Source: Vitrella brassicaformis CCMP3155
Lineage: Eukaryota; Protista; Chromerida
Assembly (NCBI GenBank): GCA_001179505.1
Contig: CDMY01000367.1
Location: 35,107-99,106 of the forward strand
Length of the DNA: 64,000 nucleotides
Direction: 5' to 3'
The first letter of the stretch is position 1. Every line of letters begins with the position of its first letter. Below the pieces are notes generated by a model that was not told where the DNA came from, ran no database searches, and saw only the letters and a list, made by a program, of their open reading frames with translations. Shown one piece after another: positions 46,964 through 60,416 of this stretch. Made by a program: the position numbers and the translations under genes.

Positions 46964-47171
46964 GTGACGGGCGGAGGGTGCTGCGTGCGGGTGCATGAGT
47001 GGGTGGGTGTTCAGGAGGGCAGGTGGTGGTGTTGGCTTGCTTTTTCAATAGGGCTGGCTGACAGACTGACAGGCGGGGCGGTGAGGGTGCACTCGATGCC
47101 CTGTGGCTATGGGATGTGTCCTGCCTCTCTTCTAAATATCAATGTGCCTGCTTGTGCTCTTCTGACATACA

Positions 47172-50100
47172 CTAATAGACCCGTTTGCCTGACTGACCTC
47201 CGTTCGTCGTGCATGCCATGCATGGCTGGACAGGACACATCCGTGGTGGACCCTCTACATGGCTACAGTGATGACCAGCTGCACACAGATTGACAAGTAC
47301 GTCTGCCCACACCCACGGTCGGTCGATCGCTATACACACGGACGGACGCATCTCAGCGCACACACATGAATGAGGACACCATAGACCATATACACATACA
47401 AACATCCATCGATGGACGCTGTCAGCACGCATAACCCCCCTCCCCTCCCCTCCCAAATACATGTGTCAACCAACACCGACCCACAGACAGACAGATGTGT
47501 GCCGTCCAACCAGCAACGCACCCTTGCCATGCCGTCCAAAGAGAAAAACGCGTGACCGAGCGCTGTGCATACATGTCTCTACAGTGTGCTTACGCATCAG
47601 CGAGTGACCGCACGTGCTGTTGTGTGCTCGACCGACAACCACACCGACACCCCAATGAGTGCACCAATGGATGGATAGATGGATGGATGGACCAGGCGGT
47701 GTATGATAGGGCAGCGGACACCCTGCGTGGCGGGGGCGTCCGCCGGCCACTCAGACACCACATCGCCAACGCATCCAGCAATGTCGACCACATCCAGTCT
47801 TTCTACCGACGTGTAGCAGAGAAACTCACGCGCAGCAGCAAAGCTAGACTTGTCTGAGAAGGTGACACTCTTCAGTGTCGTCAACCCGCCCACAAGCGGG
47901 CTGAGCTTGCTACTGGCGGCACGCACGTCAGCCAAAGACAGGCAAAAACCGCGCACCGTCAGGTGTTTGACAGCCGGGAGGTGGCGGCTCGTCGCCCCCT
48001 CCCTCTCGGTCAGCCATGTGGGGATGCTGTCGACCACTGCTGATGCACTCGCGCCGCGCTTGATGTTGATGGTGAGCTTGCTGGTGTTGTGGAAGATGAG
48101 CTTGTCCCGCCATGACTCGTGCAGCGCTGTGCCACCGAGCTCCAACTCAACCTGGAAAAAGATACTCACCCTGATGCACTCCCTCTCGCCTCCCCGTGTC
48201 TGTGCGCTCCTTACATGGGTCGCCTTGGCCGCCAGCTGCGTGGCGATGTCCCCATAGAGTCCGCCGGGCGCAGGACGAGCAGTGGCAGCGCTGCTGCAGT
48301 CGATGGTCAGCCAGCTCACTCTCGGCCACTCGATCTGGCAACGGACGTCTGCCGCCCACTTGGTGATGCCCGCCATGTCGGCCGCCCCCTGCCCCTGCCC
48401 GTAGTCCACACCGATCGACGAAATGTAATCAACCATCACGAACCCCAGCTTCTTCGGCGCCTCTGTATGCAACGGGTAAGAGAGACAGACAGACAGAAAG
48501 GCAAACCATCCGGCCCCCCGACTAAAGCGATTCGGTCCTTCTGGTCACGTACCCTTCTTGTCTGGTTTGCTCCAGTTCTGGTCGAGGGTGTCCTTGAGCT
48601 GACAGAGGCGGCCGAAGTGCTTCATCTTGATCCCGATGCCAGCGATGGTGGTGAGGTGGGGGCAGCCGACGAGGGCATCGAGGAAGTCGCTCCACCGGGC
48701 GTCGTCGAATGTGATGCCGTCGCTGAACTCCAGCCGCTCGATCTTGGGCGATTCGCGGAGCAGACGCACCAGAAGGGCGGCCCTCTTGCTATTGGAGATG
48801 CGGCCGACTCGGAGTGTGGTGACTGCCGGGAAGGTCCAGCAACGATCACTGACACACACGTCGAGTAACGAGATGAATGACTCGGCGGTGGCGTCAACCC
48901 TGACTCCCTTGTCTGCGTACCTGATGTGGTCAAGACCTGCACGGCCAAGGAGGTCCAGGTGTGTCACTTGGGAGAACACGGCGGCGCTGTGGTTCGGCGT
49001 GATCTTCTTGAAGTCACATGGAAGATGGGGCTCGACGTCCAGCGTCACCTTCTTGAGTGTGTCCTTGTTGGCCTCCAGCAGCTCCGACGCGACAGACGGC
49101 ACACGGTCAGCCTCCACATGAGCCACCTGGATCTTGCCCTGCACTCACACACACAAGCATCGACAGGGCTGCACACACAGACACGCTTACCTTGTAGGCA
49201 TTCTTCACTTTATTGGCATTCTCTACCCAAGAGGCGTCCGCGAACTTGCCGAAGAGGCCAAGCGTCTTCTCGACCTGGCTAACCTGCACCGGTCACAACA
49301 AGGTCAGGCATCACAGCTCAGCCGAGCGACCCCCCCTCCCCCCCCTCTCATCTGACCACGTTGTGTAGCGTCTCGATCTTGTGGTAGGTGGGCTCCTCGG
49401 CACGCGTCACGGTCAAGCTGCGGAACACGCCATACGTCTTGTCGGTGGCCTTCTCGTGGATCCCCCTGCTGATGCTCGAGAGGCGGCGGATGTGGTCGAT
49501 GGTGGTGAGGAAGGAGCCCAGGTGGCCAATGACGGCTTCGGGCAGACCCGGCAGACACGGACGGCCGTGATCCTTCTGACACGCAGTCAGGCATCAGGTT
49601 GAGAAATGTGTGTGGACATCCTCGTATTCCCTCTGTCACCTCTAAGGGCACGCCCTGCTGCTGTGTCGCTGCTGCAGAACCACACACATCAACTGAACCA
49701 TCTGAAAGCACCGCACCGCGCAGCCATACATCCCATCAATGTGTGTGTGTGTGTGTGTGTGTCTTGTACCTCCACTACTCGCATCAGCCAGGGCGTCTAC
49801 ACGTCCACGCTTGCCGTCCTCGCCAACCGCCACCTGAGCACATGACGTGTGACGTGGTCCACCCATGTGTGTGCGTCGGCCTGTCTATGAGTTTGTGCGT
49901 ACCGCCTTGCTGTGCTGTGCGTCCTCATCGGTCTGATCCAGCCCCCCAGACACCAACGCCTCAATGTCGTTCGAATTGCCCTGACACAGACAGACAGACA
50001 GACAGGGAAAGATCGGCCTGTGTGAGCCATCCACTTGTCGTCCCAATCGTACATGTGTTTTACGGGTTATGTGGTCAGTCGATGTCTCTGCCAGCTGCTT

Positions 50101-50620
50101 GTTGAGGGCCGATTGAGCGTCGGTGAGGGTCTCCAGAATGGAAGCAAGGCTGCCGGCCAGCGATGCACCATCCTGCAGGCCACCGACAGCCCGGTGAATG
50201 ACAACTGAGTGCTGCTGTTCGACTGTGTGTTGTTCCACGCGCACCTGTGCGTTGTTGTCGGCATGTGTGGCTATGATGCCCTCTGCCCGCTCAAGGTCAG
50301 ACACAATCTGAGAGGCAACCTGCAAGCCAAAAGCGACACACCCATGTCGGTCCTGCCGATTGTATGTCATGTGAGTAGCTCTCTCCCCCACTCTCTCTCA
50401 CCGATTTCATCATCTGCACAAGATTGCGAGAGCTACCGCCGCCGTGATCTGCACCCGGCCCGCCGCCCTGCCCACCTGCAGCACACAATCATGACAGACA
50501 CGGCATGACACACGGGCTGTCCATCAGACGTGTGTGGTGGTGGTGGCGTATGAGACCTGCAGAGTCGGCAGGGCCGTCATCTTTGTTTACGTCCATCGGA
50601 GCATCGTCAGACATCTGCAT
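47172..50620 (-). CDS. Hypothetical F-box-like/LRR-like protein of an expanded lineage-specific family (paralog 1); 3' end uncertain
   Basis: Starts MQMSDDAPMDV, then coiled-coil-like exons, an F-box-like LPEAVIGHLGSFLTTIDHIRRLSSISRGIH, and degenerate LRR-like units (WTFPAVTTLRV, PKIERLEF, LPAVKHLTV). Same architecture as 56356-60213. Confidence 0.65.
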
Positions 50621-51090
50621 GGTGGTTCAAAACCTCACAGCCCCATCACCTCACCTAACAAACACACCAAACAAACGGCAGGTTTCAAAGACATATCGTT
50701 GTGTATTTCTCGTGCATCCCCGTCTGCCCTGCCTGCCTGCAGGTCTGCCTGTCTGTTTGCCTCCCTCCCTCCCTCCCTCCCTGGCTGTCTGTCTGCTTGC
50801 TTGCCTGTTCGTTCGATGGGCAGATGATGTCACAGTGGTACCCGCATTCCACTGACATCCTTCTCTCTGCGATGTGTCAATCGGCTCCACCGCATTGAAG
50901 GAGATTGCGCTCTTCGGAAAACCGATTGCGAGCTAAGAATGCGAGCGTTCGAAGAGTCTGCACTAATTATGGAGATCTGGAATTCTTCGTGCTCTGCAGA
51001 GGCTGCTGGTGGTGATCTGCGCCAGATCCATGAGTTTTCGCGGTTTCCCTCATCTCATCGGCGGTTAATGACCACATCTAAGTGATCAGG

Positions 51091-52949
51091 ATGATTGTCG
51101 GCGTCTTCTCTTGCTTGTGGATTCATCTAAGTGCTCTAATGGTGCTGTCGGTGGCTGGCCTGTTCGTCCCTCCTGCCATCGCATTGCCCATCTCGACCCT
51201 CCGAAGGCCGGCTCCCTCATTCCTCTCCTCATCCATCCCCTCACGCCGCTTCCAAAGGCCTAGGCCTGCATTGTTATCGGTCACCCATCGCACTCGCACC
51301 AGGCGTCGCCGTCGATGGCTGGTGGCTCGCGGCTACGGCGATGCGGTCGTGTACAAGTGGGCTGAGAACGACGAGGCCGTCGAGCTGTCGCTCATGGTGC
51401 CCGCAGCGACCAGGTCGACGGATGTGGTGTGTCAGATCACCCCCGACACGCTGTTCCTCAAGCTGAGGACGGCGCAGGCGCCGATCATCGAGGGCAGGCT
51501 TAAGGGTCGCGTGATGGTGGAGGACTCCTTCTGGACGCTCTCTAGCGAGGATCAGCAGGACCAGCTGGCAAAGGTGCTGGGCGAGCGGCCGCCGAAGCCC
51601 AGGAACGATCTCGTGCCCATGTCGCCAACCCACCGCCAGTCACTCAAGGACATGGGCTTAGGCGTCCCTGCTTCTGCCGCCGCAACGGACACCGGCAGCT
51701 CCAGGCCGCTATACCTGAAGCTGCACCTGACCAAGAAGGACCGGCTGGACGAGTGGTGCGGTGTGATCAAGGGCGAGACAGCCTACGAGCGGGCGTATGA
51801 CGAGCTGCCTGGGCTTATCCAGAAGGCACCGTCGCCCGCCGCTTGGCACGCGTGGCCGAGCGGCCGTCCGCTGCTGACTCTGCCGCTCGCTGAGTTTGAC
51901 AGCAACGACGTGGTGGCGTGGCTGCAGTCGTGGGCCACCACTCAGTCCAGGGAAATGAGCCGCCTGTTGAGCAGGAAGGCCGCCACCATGAGCAAGGAAC
52001 ATGAAACCGACGACGTGAGCAGGGGTGCGGGGGACTCATTGTCTTCGTGTGTGCGTGATGTGTGTGTTTTGTCTCACCCTAGGGTGACTATGAGGCGGAG
52101 CTGGGTCTGCCGCAGACCTTCCTAGAGGTCACCCCAGAGGCCCTCGACGACGGCGTGCGCCTCTTCATCGAGAGCGACGGAGAAGACCACGTCGACATAC
52201 TCGCCATCGACTCACCGGAGCTCGAGAAAACCACAACGGCTGCCGACGACCAGGCCGCCGGCTGCACGATCGTCGTGTTGCGCGGTCCGAAGGCGACGGG
52301 CCTCAGCGGTCGGCACGGCGCCCGTACAGCCGCCTCCGTGCAGGACACGGAGCAACGACTGCTGCGGAAGCTGCAGCACGACGTCAAGGGGGTGTGGTCT
52401 GAAGGGGACTACGACTTCGAGATAGGTCTCGACAAGTATGGAAGACCACTGCCGAGGTGAAGAGATAACACACACATCCTCGAATCAATCAACCCACCTG
52501 TCTGTCTGTCTGTCTGTCAGGTCTCCCGCAGAGCTGATGCCGCTGTACCTGGGCGACCCGAAGAAGCGCGAGCCCGTCCCTGAGGGCTTTCCCGGCAACG
52601 CCATCTCCCGCCCCATCAAGCCAGAGCTCCTCAACGCCGACGGCACCGTCAAGCTGCCCGAGGGCGCCCCCATCCAGAACAGGCGCAAGGTGACGACTGG
52701 TCGGCTGCACAAGGAGTGGATGGGTGAGGAGCGGCAGAGACAGAGGCATGACGACGGGGTGGAGAGGGGCCTGGAGGGGGACTTGACGGCTGACGGGATG
52801 GGAGGTGGCATGGGTGGGCTCGCTGTGGGAATGGGTGAGGAGATGCGGAAGCTGCGTGATGAGCTGAGGCCCAAGTGGATCGATAAGAGGAAGGACTGGC
52901 GGCCGGAGGTGGGTGGGTGGAGAAGTGGGGTGGAGGGGTGGAGCGGTCA

Positions 52950-52981
<32 letters not shown>

Positions 52982-55909
52982 CAGGACAAGTTGGCGATGC
53001 AGAATGTGTCATTGGAGCTGTTTGACGAGAAGTACAAGCTGCTGCAGGGAGGGCCGCCACTGCCTCTAATACAGTAAGCTGACCTGAGCTGACCTGTTAG
53101 GGCGCCACACCGGACTCATTTACACCGGACTCATTTGTTCTTGTGTGCTGTGTCTCCGACTAACACGCAGAGAGATAGCCAATGTGACCAAGGGCAGCTA
53201 CGGCAAGACCGACGACGAGTTCCAGGAGCTCTGGAAGTCAGCACATGCACAGATGCACAGATGCACAGCACGCACACACGTTCTGCCTATGTCTGTCTGT
53301 CTGTCTGGGTGTGTCTCCAGGGACGGCATCAAGCGCGTCGAGGAGGACGGCAGCATCAAACGGTCCACCGAACTCGCCAAATTCCAGGTAGGCATTCAGC
53401 GCCCTCTCCCCACTCACACACGGTACATGTGTTCCGTGATCTGCATGACGCAGGCCATGCGCAAGGGTGCACTGATGGGCCACCACCAAGAGCAGGAGAC
53501 CCTTGAACAGCAGGGGCAGCCCACACGCTCTTCCATGGCACAAGGCGACGAGTTCGAGGACGACTACATGCTCTTTGGAACGGTGGTCGACTTTGTGTCG
53601 GGCTCGGCGGCGCATCGGCAGCGTCAGTCCGAGTATCTGAAGCAGTACGCCATCTACACCAACAACACACTGGACCCCGACACGCACAAGCAGCTGATGG
53701 CCAAGGTGGAGGAGAGGCAGAGGCGTCTGCGGCAGGAGCAGGGCTACTATGACCCGGATGACCTGCCCACTGGTCAGACAGACCGAGACACACAGCGAGA
53801 GGGGATGGATGGTGGGTGCATGGTGTGTGTGTCTTTGAGTGCAGTTGAGGAGCGTGCGAGAGAGTATCAGGCGCTCGATCCTGGCGCAAAGAAACGGATC
53901 ACAGAGGAGTGGACCAAAGAGGTACGTGCGCAGGCATCCCATCCATCGCATAGATGCAGACAGACACAAGATGGATGGCATGCAATGCAGGCTGTCCGGT
54001 TGGAGCTTTTGTTGAACGAGCTGCTGACGACCGATTCGTCCCTGTGGGAAACCATCTGCGAGCAGTACCGAGACCTCCTCCTCTCAGACCGCTTTGTCCC
54101 ACTCATGAGACACAGACTCGATGTCAAACCCCCCAAAACCGCCCACGAAAGACGAGTACGCACAGACCACCTGAATTGACAGAGATGCACATGGGTGTGG
54201 CTGATGTAACTGATGTCTGTCAGGTGTTTCGCAAGCTGACGGAGATCGTGCTGGACATGCTGCATTACATGGAGGTGTGCTGGGTGTGGCTGGAGAAGCA
54301 GCAGCTGCGCAAGATCCAGATGATCTGCGAGCAGGCCATCCGCGACGACACGCGGCTCAACGAACTGGCCGAGAGCATGAAGCCCCTGTTTGACAGGGAC
54401 TTCTTCGGCTACCTCCACTATGCTATGGAGAGGGAAAGGGAGATACTCGTCGAGAAGGGGTATGACCCCAACCTCGAGCCGACCCCGTGGCTCATGGTGC
54501 TCATGATCATCGAGCAGGGCGTCTCCAATGTCTTTCAGAAAGAAGTCTCAGAGGTGCATGTGCCGTAGACCAATGCCTGCGGCACCCTCTTGTGTGTTGT
54601 GCGTGTTGCAGGAGGTTTATCAGATCAGCCACCTGGTGTCGCAGCGCTACCCCGACATGCGCAAGTCGATGCTGGAGCTGCTCATCGCCAAGACGCCCAA
54701 GGGCGAGTGGGCCAAGTTCAAGATGGTCGTGCGCAACATCTGCGACTACTGGGACAGCAAGATCCGTGCCGGCCAGCCCGTCCCTCTGCCACATCTTACC
54801 GATGCGATTCGACAGCTCTCGGTCGATATCGAGGTGAGTTGGTATGATGAGTGCACCGATACAGAGGGCTCCGTGTGTGTGTGTGTCTGTGGCATCCCTC
54901 TCGCTTCTGCAGGCGTTGCTGCCCGACTTCATGATATACGGTCTGATGGACGACTTCGACTGGGAGGTCCACAACATCACACAGGTACGCGGACCCCCTC
55001 CCCCCCCCGCCCCCCCACACGCGCGACACCCATCCCCTGACGCATGCCTGTCTGTTGTGTGCATCAGGACCGCATGTCGTTCATGTGGCGGTTCGACGAG
55101 GCCCGCATCCGTGAGGTCGAGGAGGAGTTCGACCGAGAAGAGGAGGAGCGGAGGCGGGAGATGATGCAGCAGGAGATGGGATACGCCGCACCCGACTACT
55201 CACTCCAGCTGCCCGCATTCAACGTCGCACTGCCCAAGGCGTCAGCTGGCGGCACGGACAAGGAGAGGGAACTGGTGGCAGCCAACAGGCTACAGGTGAG
55301 TGTGGGTGGGTCGCGCAGACAGGGAGGGATGTCTTCTGTGTTTTGTGTCTTTCTTGTCAGGACGGCGTTCGTGGCACCGCGTCCAAGTTTTCGCTTAAGG
55401 AAGAGCGTGACCCCTCCAAGATGACGTACGAAGACGTCATGCAAGAACACTTGCGCAAGGTGAGCACCGAAACACACTCAACACTCAGCACAGCAGCTGT
55501 CTGTCTGTCTGTGTGGCTTGGCATTGCCAGGAGTTGCGGCTCTTCAATTATCAGCGACAGAAATTCATGGAAAATCCCAATCTGGAGGTGAGTCACGAGG
55601 CTATCCACCCATTCTACCCTTCTATTCTTGCGCATGGATGCGTGCAGGAGGATGAGCTGTGGGGTCTTGGTCGCGACCCCAGTGAGCGCGTCAAGATCTA
55701 CCAGGGACTCGAGGACGTCACGCCAGAGGTCACATCAACGCACACACACACGCCTACACATCCGAAACGCCACTGTGTGTGTCTCTCTCTTCGTATGTGT
55801 GTGTCATGTTTAGGAGAGGGATCGTGTGGTATCGCTGAATCCACCGGACGATGCGGCCGCCGGTGGTGGCGCCCCTGTTGTCCCGCGGGGCGGCAGGGGG
55901 GCAATATAA
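51091..55909 (+). CDS. Large plastid-targeted protein with an N-terminal CS (p23/NudC/HSP20-like) domain, many exons
   Basis: Hydrophobic signal (MIVGVFSCLWIHLSALMVLSVAGLF) followed by an S/R-rich acid-free transit-like segment. CS motif YKWAENDEAVELSLMVP...LFLKL...IIEGRLKGRVMVEDSFWTL...LHLTK. Helical downstream exons; last exon ends with TAA 55907-55909. Confidence 0.75.
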
Positions 55910-56355
55910 TGACCACATAAAGACACACACAGGCAGATGGGGTCGGATCGATATGTGCATGTCTCGGTGTTTTAAGAGGAGGTCCTGTCCTGTGTGTCTT
56001 CGAGCAATGGTTGGGATGTATCTGTGCTTGTATGCCAAGTAAGTGTACTGTACAGCATCAGACAGGCTAGATGTCATGTCAGCTGATGAACGCTGCGCTG
56101 TCCGGCGAGCGAGGCCAGTCAACTCACTCACTCAGCCTTTGTGAATATGCGATGGAGCGAGAGAGACGTGGGACCCTCATGTTCGTTCAATTGTCCGGTC
56201 CGGCCACATCACATGAACGTGTGGACCATGCACACCCACCCCCGACCCCCACCGATCCACCCCCCGCTGTACAAGCCCATAGTCTACCTCAGCCACTGAC
56301 ACACATCTAGCCACACACCCACCTACGAATGCGCACACACATGCGTGCAATCTAC

Positions 56356-59300
56356 CTATCCAAACCCACTGCAGGCAGGCCCCTGCAGTAGGCGGCCCTG
56401 CAGACGGTACCTATTCTCGTGCACATCGATCCGCCGAACCGTAATCTCATACAGCGCCTCTATCTCCCCCTCACACCCACTCAGACACCCCTCGACGAAC
56501 GCCTCACTTCCCGCAGACATGTCGGCCAACGCAGTCAGGGTGAAGGCAAGCGGCCGCATGGCACAGATGAGCCTCACGCACCCTCGCACACACGCATACG
56601 ACGTGAGAGGCTGCTCATCCAAGACAGCGTGCCCCTTTGCCCGGCCCGCCTTCATGATCAGCATGTCGATGCGGGGGTAGGCAGGAGCCGGTGCATCGGC
56701 AGGCAGCTCACTCAGACACGCGGCACAGAATACGAAAAGGCTCGACACACGAGCTGGCAGACACAATACGACCTCCCTCACTATGCCGAGGCTACTGGTC
56801 ATGAGCTCAACGTCCTCCACTGCACGGAGCGACCCCAGGAGCGCCCCCGGGGTATGTGGAAGCGGCGGGCGCTGCTCGTACTCGTCTCGCTCCTCCTGCC
56901 CCATCCCCCTGCCCATCCCCTGGATGCAGCCGACCTCCACCTCCAGCTTGGTGACGTTGGGGAATCGACTGCTCTTGCCGCTGGCGTCTCGGTCGGCCAG
57001 CCAGGGGGCCATGGTGGGGATGTCCTGGGAGGGCTTGTTGGCGTAGATCTCGAGCTTGCTCGCCTCAGGGAAGTAGAGGTGGTCACTCCAATCGTCATGC
57101 AGAGCTAAGAGGCCGCCCTCATACGTCACCTGCCGACAATCAATGGATGGATGGATGGATGGAGACAACGCTGGTGACCTGATGGGTGTGTGCGCATTTA
57201 GTTTAAGGTACCTTGTCGATTTTGGTTGCGAGTTGACCGATGAAGCGGGCGGCCGTGCGGTCTGGAGGCGGAGCGAATGACACGGCGGTCTTGTCGCTCT
57301 CGCACGACAGCCACATGTGGTCACACTCCCACTCAATCTGATACACACATACATGACAACCAGACAGACATAGGCACACGCGTATGTGCAGTGAGTGAGG
57401 CGTGCTTGATTGCCTGGCAGCTGCTGGATTGTGCCCATGAGAGGAATGAAGGGATGCCGAACGAGCCGGGTCCTCGAGGGAACGAATGGACCTGTAGGGA
57501 GAGCACAAAAACGGAGAGCACAAAAACATGCGATCTATGCGGTTGTGCACTTCAACCAATGGAGTGCGATGGAGTGCAGTGCACCAGACCTGGTCATTGA
57601 AGTCGGCGCCAACACGTACAGTCTCAATAGCGAAACGCAGCTTCTTGGGCACGCCTGCACCCACACACACATAGGTGTGCAAACACCCACCCGCATATGC
57701 ACCACATCGATTGACGCTCCCCGTCGACCCACCCACTGTGCCCACCTAGCATCGATGGCTTGCCCCACTGTGCCGACAGGGCGTTCTTGACCATTGACAG
57801 TGGCGTGAGGGCCTTGCTCGGGTCGGTGAAGGCGTCGACATTGAGATTGGGCAGCGATGCGATGGGGGGGCAGCTGTTGAGCGAAGTGAGGAAGTTCTCG
57901 CAATTGTTGTCGCATTCTGCCCTGGGCAGCCGTCGCATGAAATGCACGAAGTAGCCGGAGTCGCCGGCGGCGCTGGCCGACAAGTAGCCGGTGATGGTCT
58001 TGAGCTTCGGGGATGTCTTGATGATGTGCTGGACCCACTCGCTGCGGCTGCTGTCGATGTGGAGCGTCAGCAGGCCGGGAAACGTCCACCCATCACGTCT
58101 GCAAGACAAACCGTGTACCACATCCATCACGATGCGCTGCGCTGGTGTGCCATGTCGTGAAGTCCCCCTTACTTGAAGTATGCGAGCCACGCGTCGCTCG
58201 TCACGCTCAGCTGGTCCACATTTATGAAGGCCCTACGGCCCCAATGGGCGAACACACTCATTGGCCGCTCATTTGGGGTGCCCTTGATGCTCAGGCGGGT
58301 GAGTGTGCTGCTGTTTGCCGCCAACACCGACGCCGAGAGCTCCTTGTCTGAGCGCGCCTCGATCGTGGCTGCCTTGACACTCGTCTGCACGCACACGCAG
58401 GGAGAGGGGTCAGAACCACCGCAGCATGCGTGTGTTAGGTGTCTCACCAGTCGTTGCTTGAGCAGGGTCCGTTGCTGCGGTGTGTATTTGTCGCCGCTGG
58501 CTATGATGAAGTGCTGCAATATGCCGGTCTCCTTGCTCATGATCTGAGTGCGGAGATCCCTACTGACGCGGCACAGTCGGGCGGCCGCCTTGGTACTGAA
58601 GAAGGCCGCGATGCCCTGGACGAACAGGCCGCCGGGCAGCCCGTCCAGTGAGGCGCGACAACGAACCTGACGACAACAGACAGGGTTCACACACAATGCT
58701 CTGTGGAAAGAATGTGGTGTGTTTGTGTGGTCACCCGCCCACCCACTTGACTATGAATCGTCTGGTTGGTCAGTGATGTCTTGGCGACGTCTGCCGCCTC
58801 GAGGAAGCCAACCAGCACGCCGCTCACGACACTCTGCAGCAGCCCGTCTAAACAGGGCCGCCCGTACGGCTGCACACGGGAAAGCAAGAACAGCACGGAT
58901 GGGTGAGGGATGCATTTCTGCTCGACGGCCGAGCTGTCGTACCTGGGCGGGTGGCTTCCATCCGGTGGCTATGGGTAGTAGTGGTTTGATGGCGGCGTCG
59001 AGGACCTCACTTGCGCTCGACACCATGCCCACGGCAGACGACAACATGGCTACGAACTCACCCGCACCAGGCAGCTGCACACACAGAGGGAGAGAGAAGA
59101 CAACGAATGACCTTCGTGTGTGGTGTGTGTGTCGGTGTTGCCTACAATGAATCGGTGAGGGTCGCCCAAGATCTTCTCCGCCTTGAGCAACTGCGCAGGG
59201 ATCTGACGAAGGAAGAAACATTGCATTGACAGGGAAGGGCAGCCCACGGGCCAGCCAATGTGCTGACCTGTTTCCTGATTTCCTGGATGCACTTGAGGCC

Positions 59301-60213
59301 TGGAGGTGATGCAGCTGCGATGGGGATGGAAAGCGTAGGCTCAGCCTCGCCCTCGCCCTCTGTCAAGCTGAGGTCGACATCGCCATTGCCACTGTCATCG
59401 TCCTCATCAGATGAGACCGAACCGCTCTCTGCTGCTGCCACTGCTGCCACTGCTGCTGCTGCTGCTGGTGGTGGTGGTGAGTCGGAATCTGGAGCCGATG
59501 CCCGCTGCCAGTAGATGCCGTTGGAGCCCATTGGCCACCCGCCACACCGACGCACCACCTCCCTCTCCAGCTTCAGACGCTCATCGCGCACCTCCTCCAA
59601 CTTAGTGCTGCACACATGCACACACCAAACACACACGACCAAGGTGATGGTTGGATAAGAATACGTCAGTCAGTGTGCCGGTGCTGTGCAGGTAGATACA
59701 TCAGCTTCATGTTCAATTGCGCCTCAACCAGCCAGTCGGCATGGTGGGCGGGACGCTCCTCGTCGACGGTGAGTTTCTCGGCTATCAACTCATTGTGGTC
59801 GAGGAGGACTTTGAGGGAGGAGCGTAAGCCTGTGAGACCGCACCTGAGCTGTAGAGGCAACGAGGGAAGAGGCGGCGGATCGAGTTGCTGACACACAGAC
59901 AGAGGACAGTGTGCTAGATGGATGGGTGATCTGTGCTCTCTGCGGTTGTGCAGTGAGTGCATTCTTACAACACAAACATACCCAGATAGAGGGATAGAAA
60001 TTGACGACATCGTCCAGTCGGTCGACGTGCCCTGCCAGCTGCAAACAAACCATCCATCCATCCACCCGTGTCCCTCCCTCCGTCCCATGAACCATTGCAG
60101 CCATGTGCACCCACTTCCTCACTCACCTGCGCTTCGAGTCGCGGCAACTGCGCCTTTACCCACCGCAGCTGCTCATAGACATCACGCAGCTCCTGTCGCC
60201 CGCCGCCCTGCAT
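56356..60213 (-). CDS. Hypothetical F-box-like/LRR-like protein of the same lineage-specific family (paralog 2)
   Basis: MQGGGRQELRDVYEQL coiled-coil start, F-box-like LPGGLFVQGIAAFFSTKAAARLCRVSRDLR, then WTFPGLLTLHI, SPKLKTI, PKKLRF, IEW, FPNVTKLEV, ADAPA. These motifs are collinear with paralog 1. Confidence 0.7.
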
Positions 60214-60416
60214 CAGAGAAGCCGTCGATTGGATGAGTCAGAGTCCAAGAGACGCGCTGGCATCATCCAAGCATCCGCATCGGGGCATCTCACGTACCTG
60301 TCCATCCATCTTGCTCGTGGACGTGGTGGTGGTTAAGGGTAAGATTGTCCGTGAAAGGTCTGTGATCTTTGACCCAAACGGGGATCCGCCGTCCCATCAC
60401 GTTTGTACACATCAGC

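Noticed and set aside
53077-53136. Short tandem duplications (AGCTGACCTG x2, ACACCGGACTCATTT x2)
   Set aside because: Intronic slippage duplications with no evident function.
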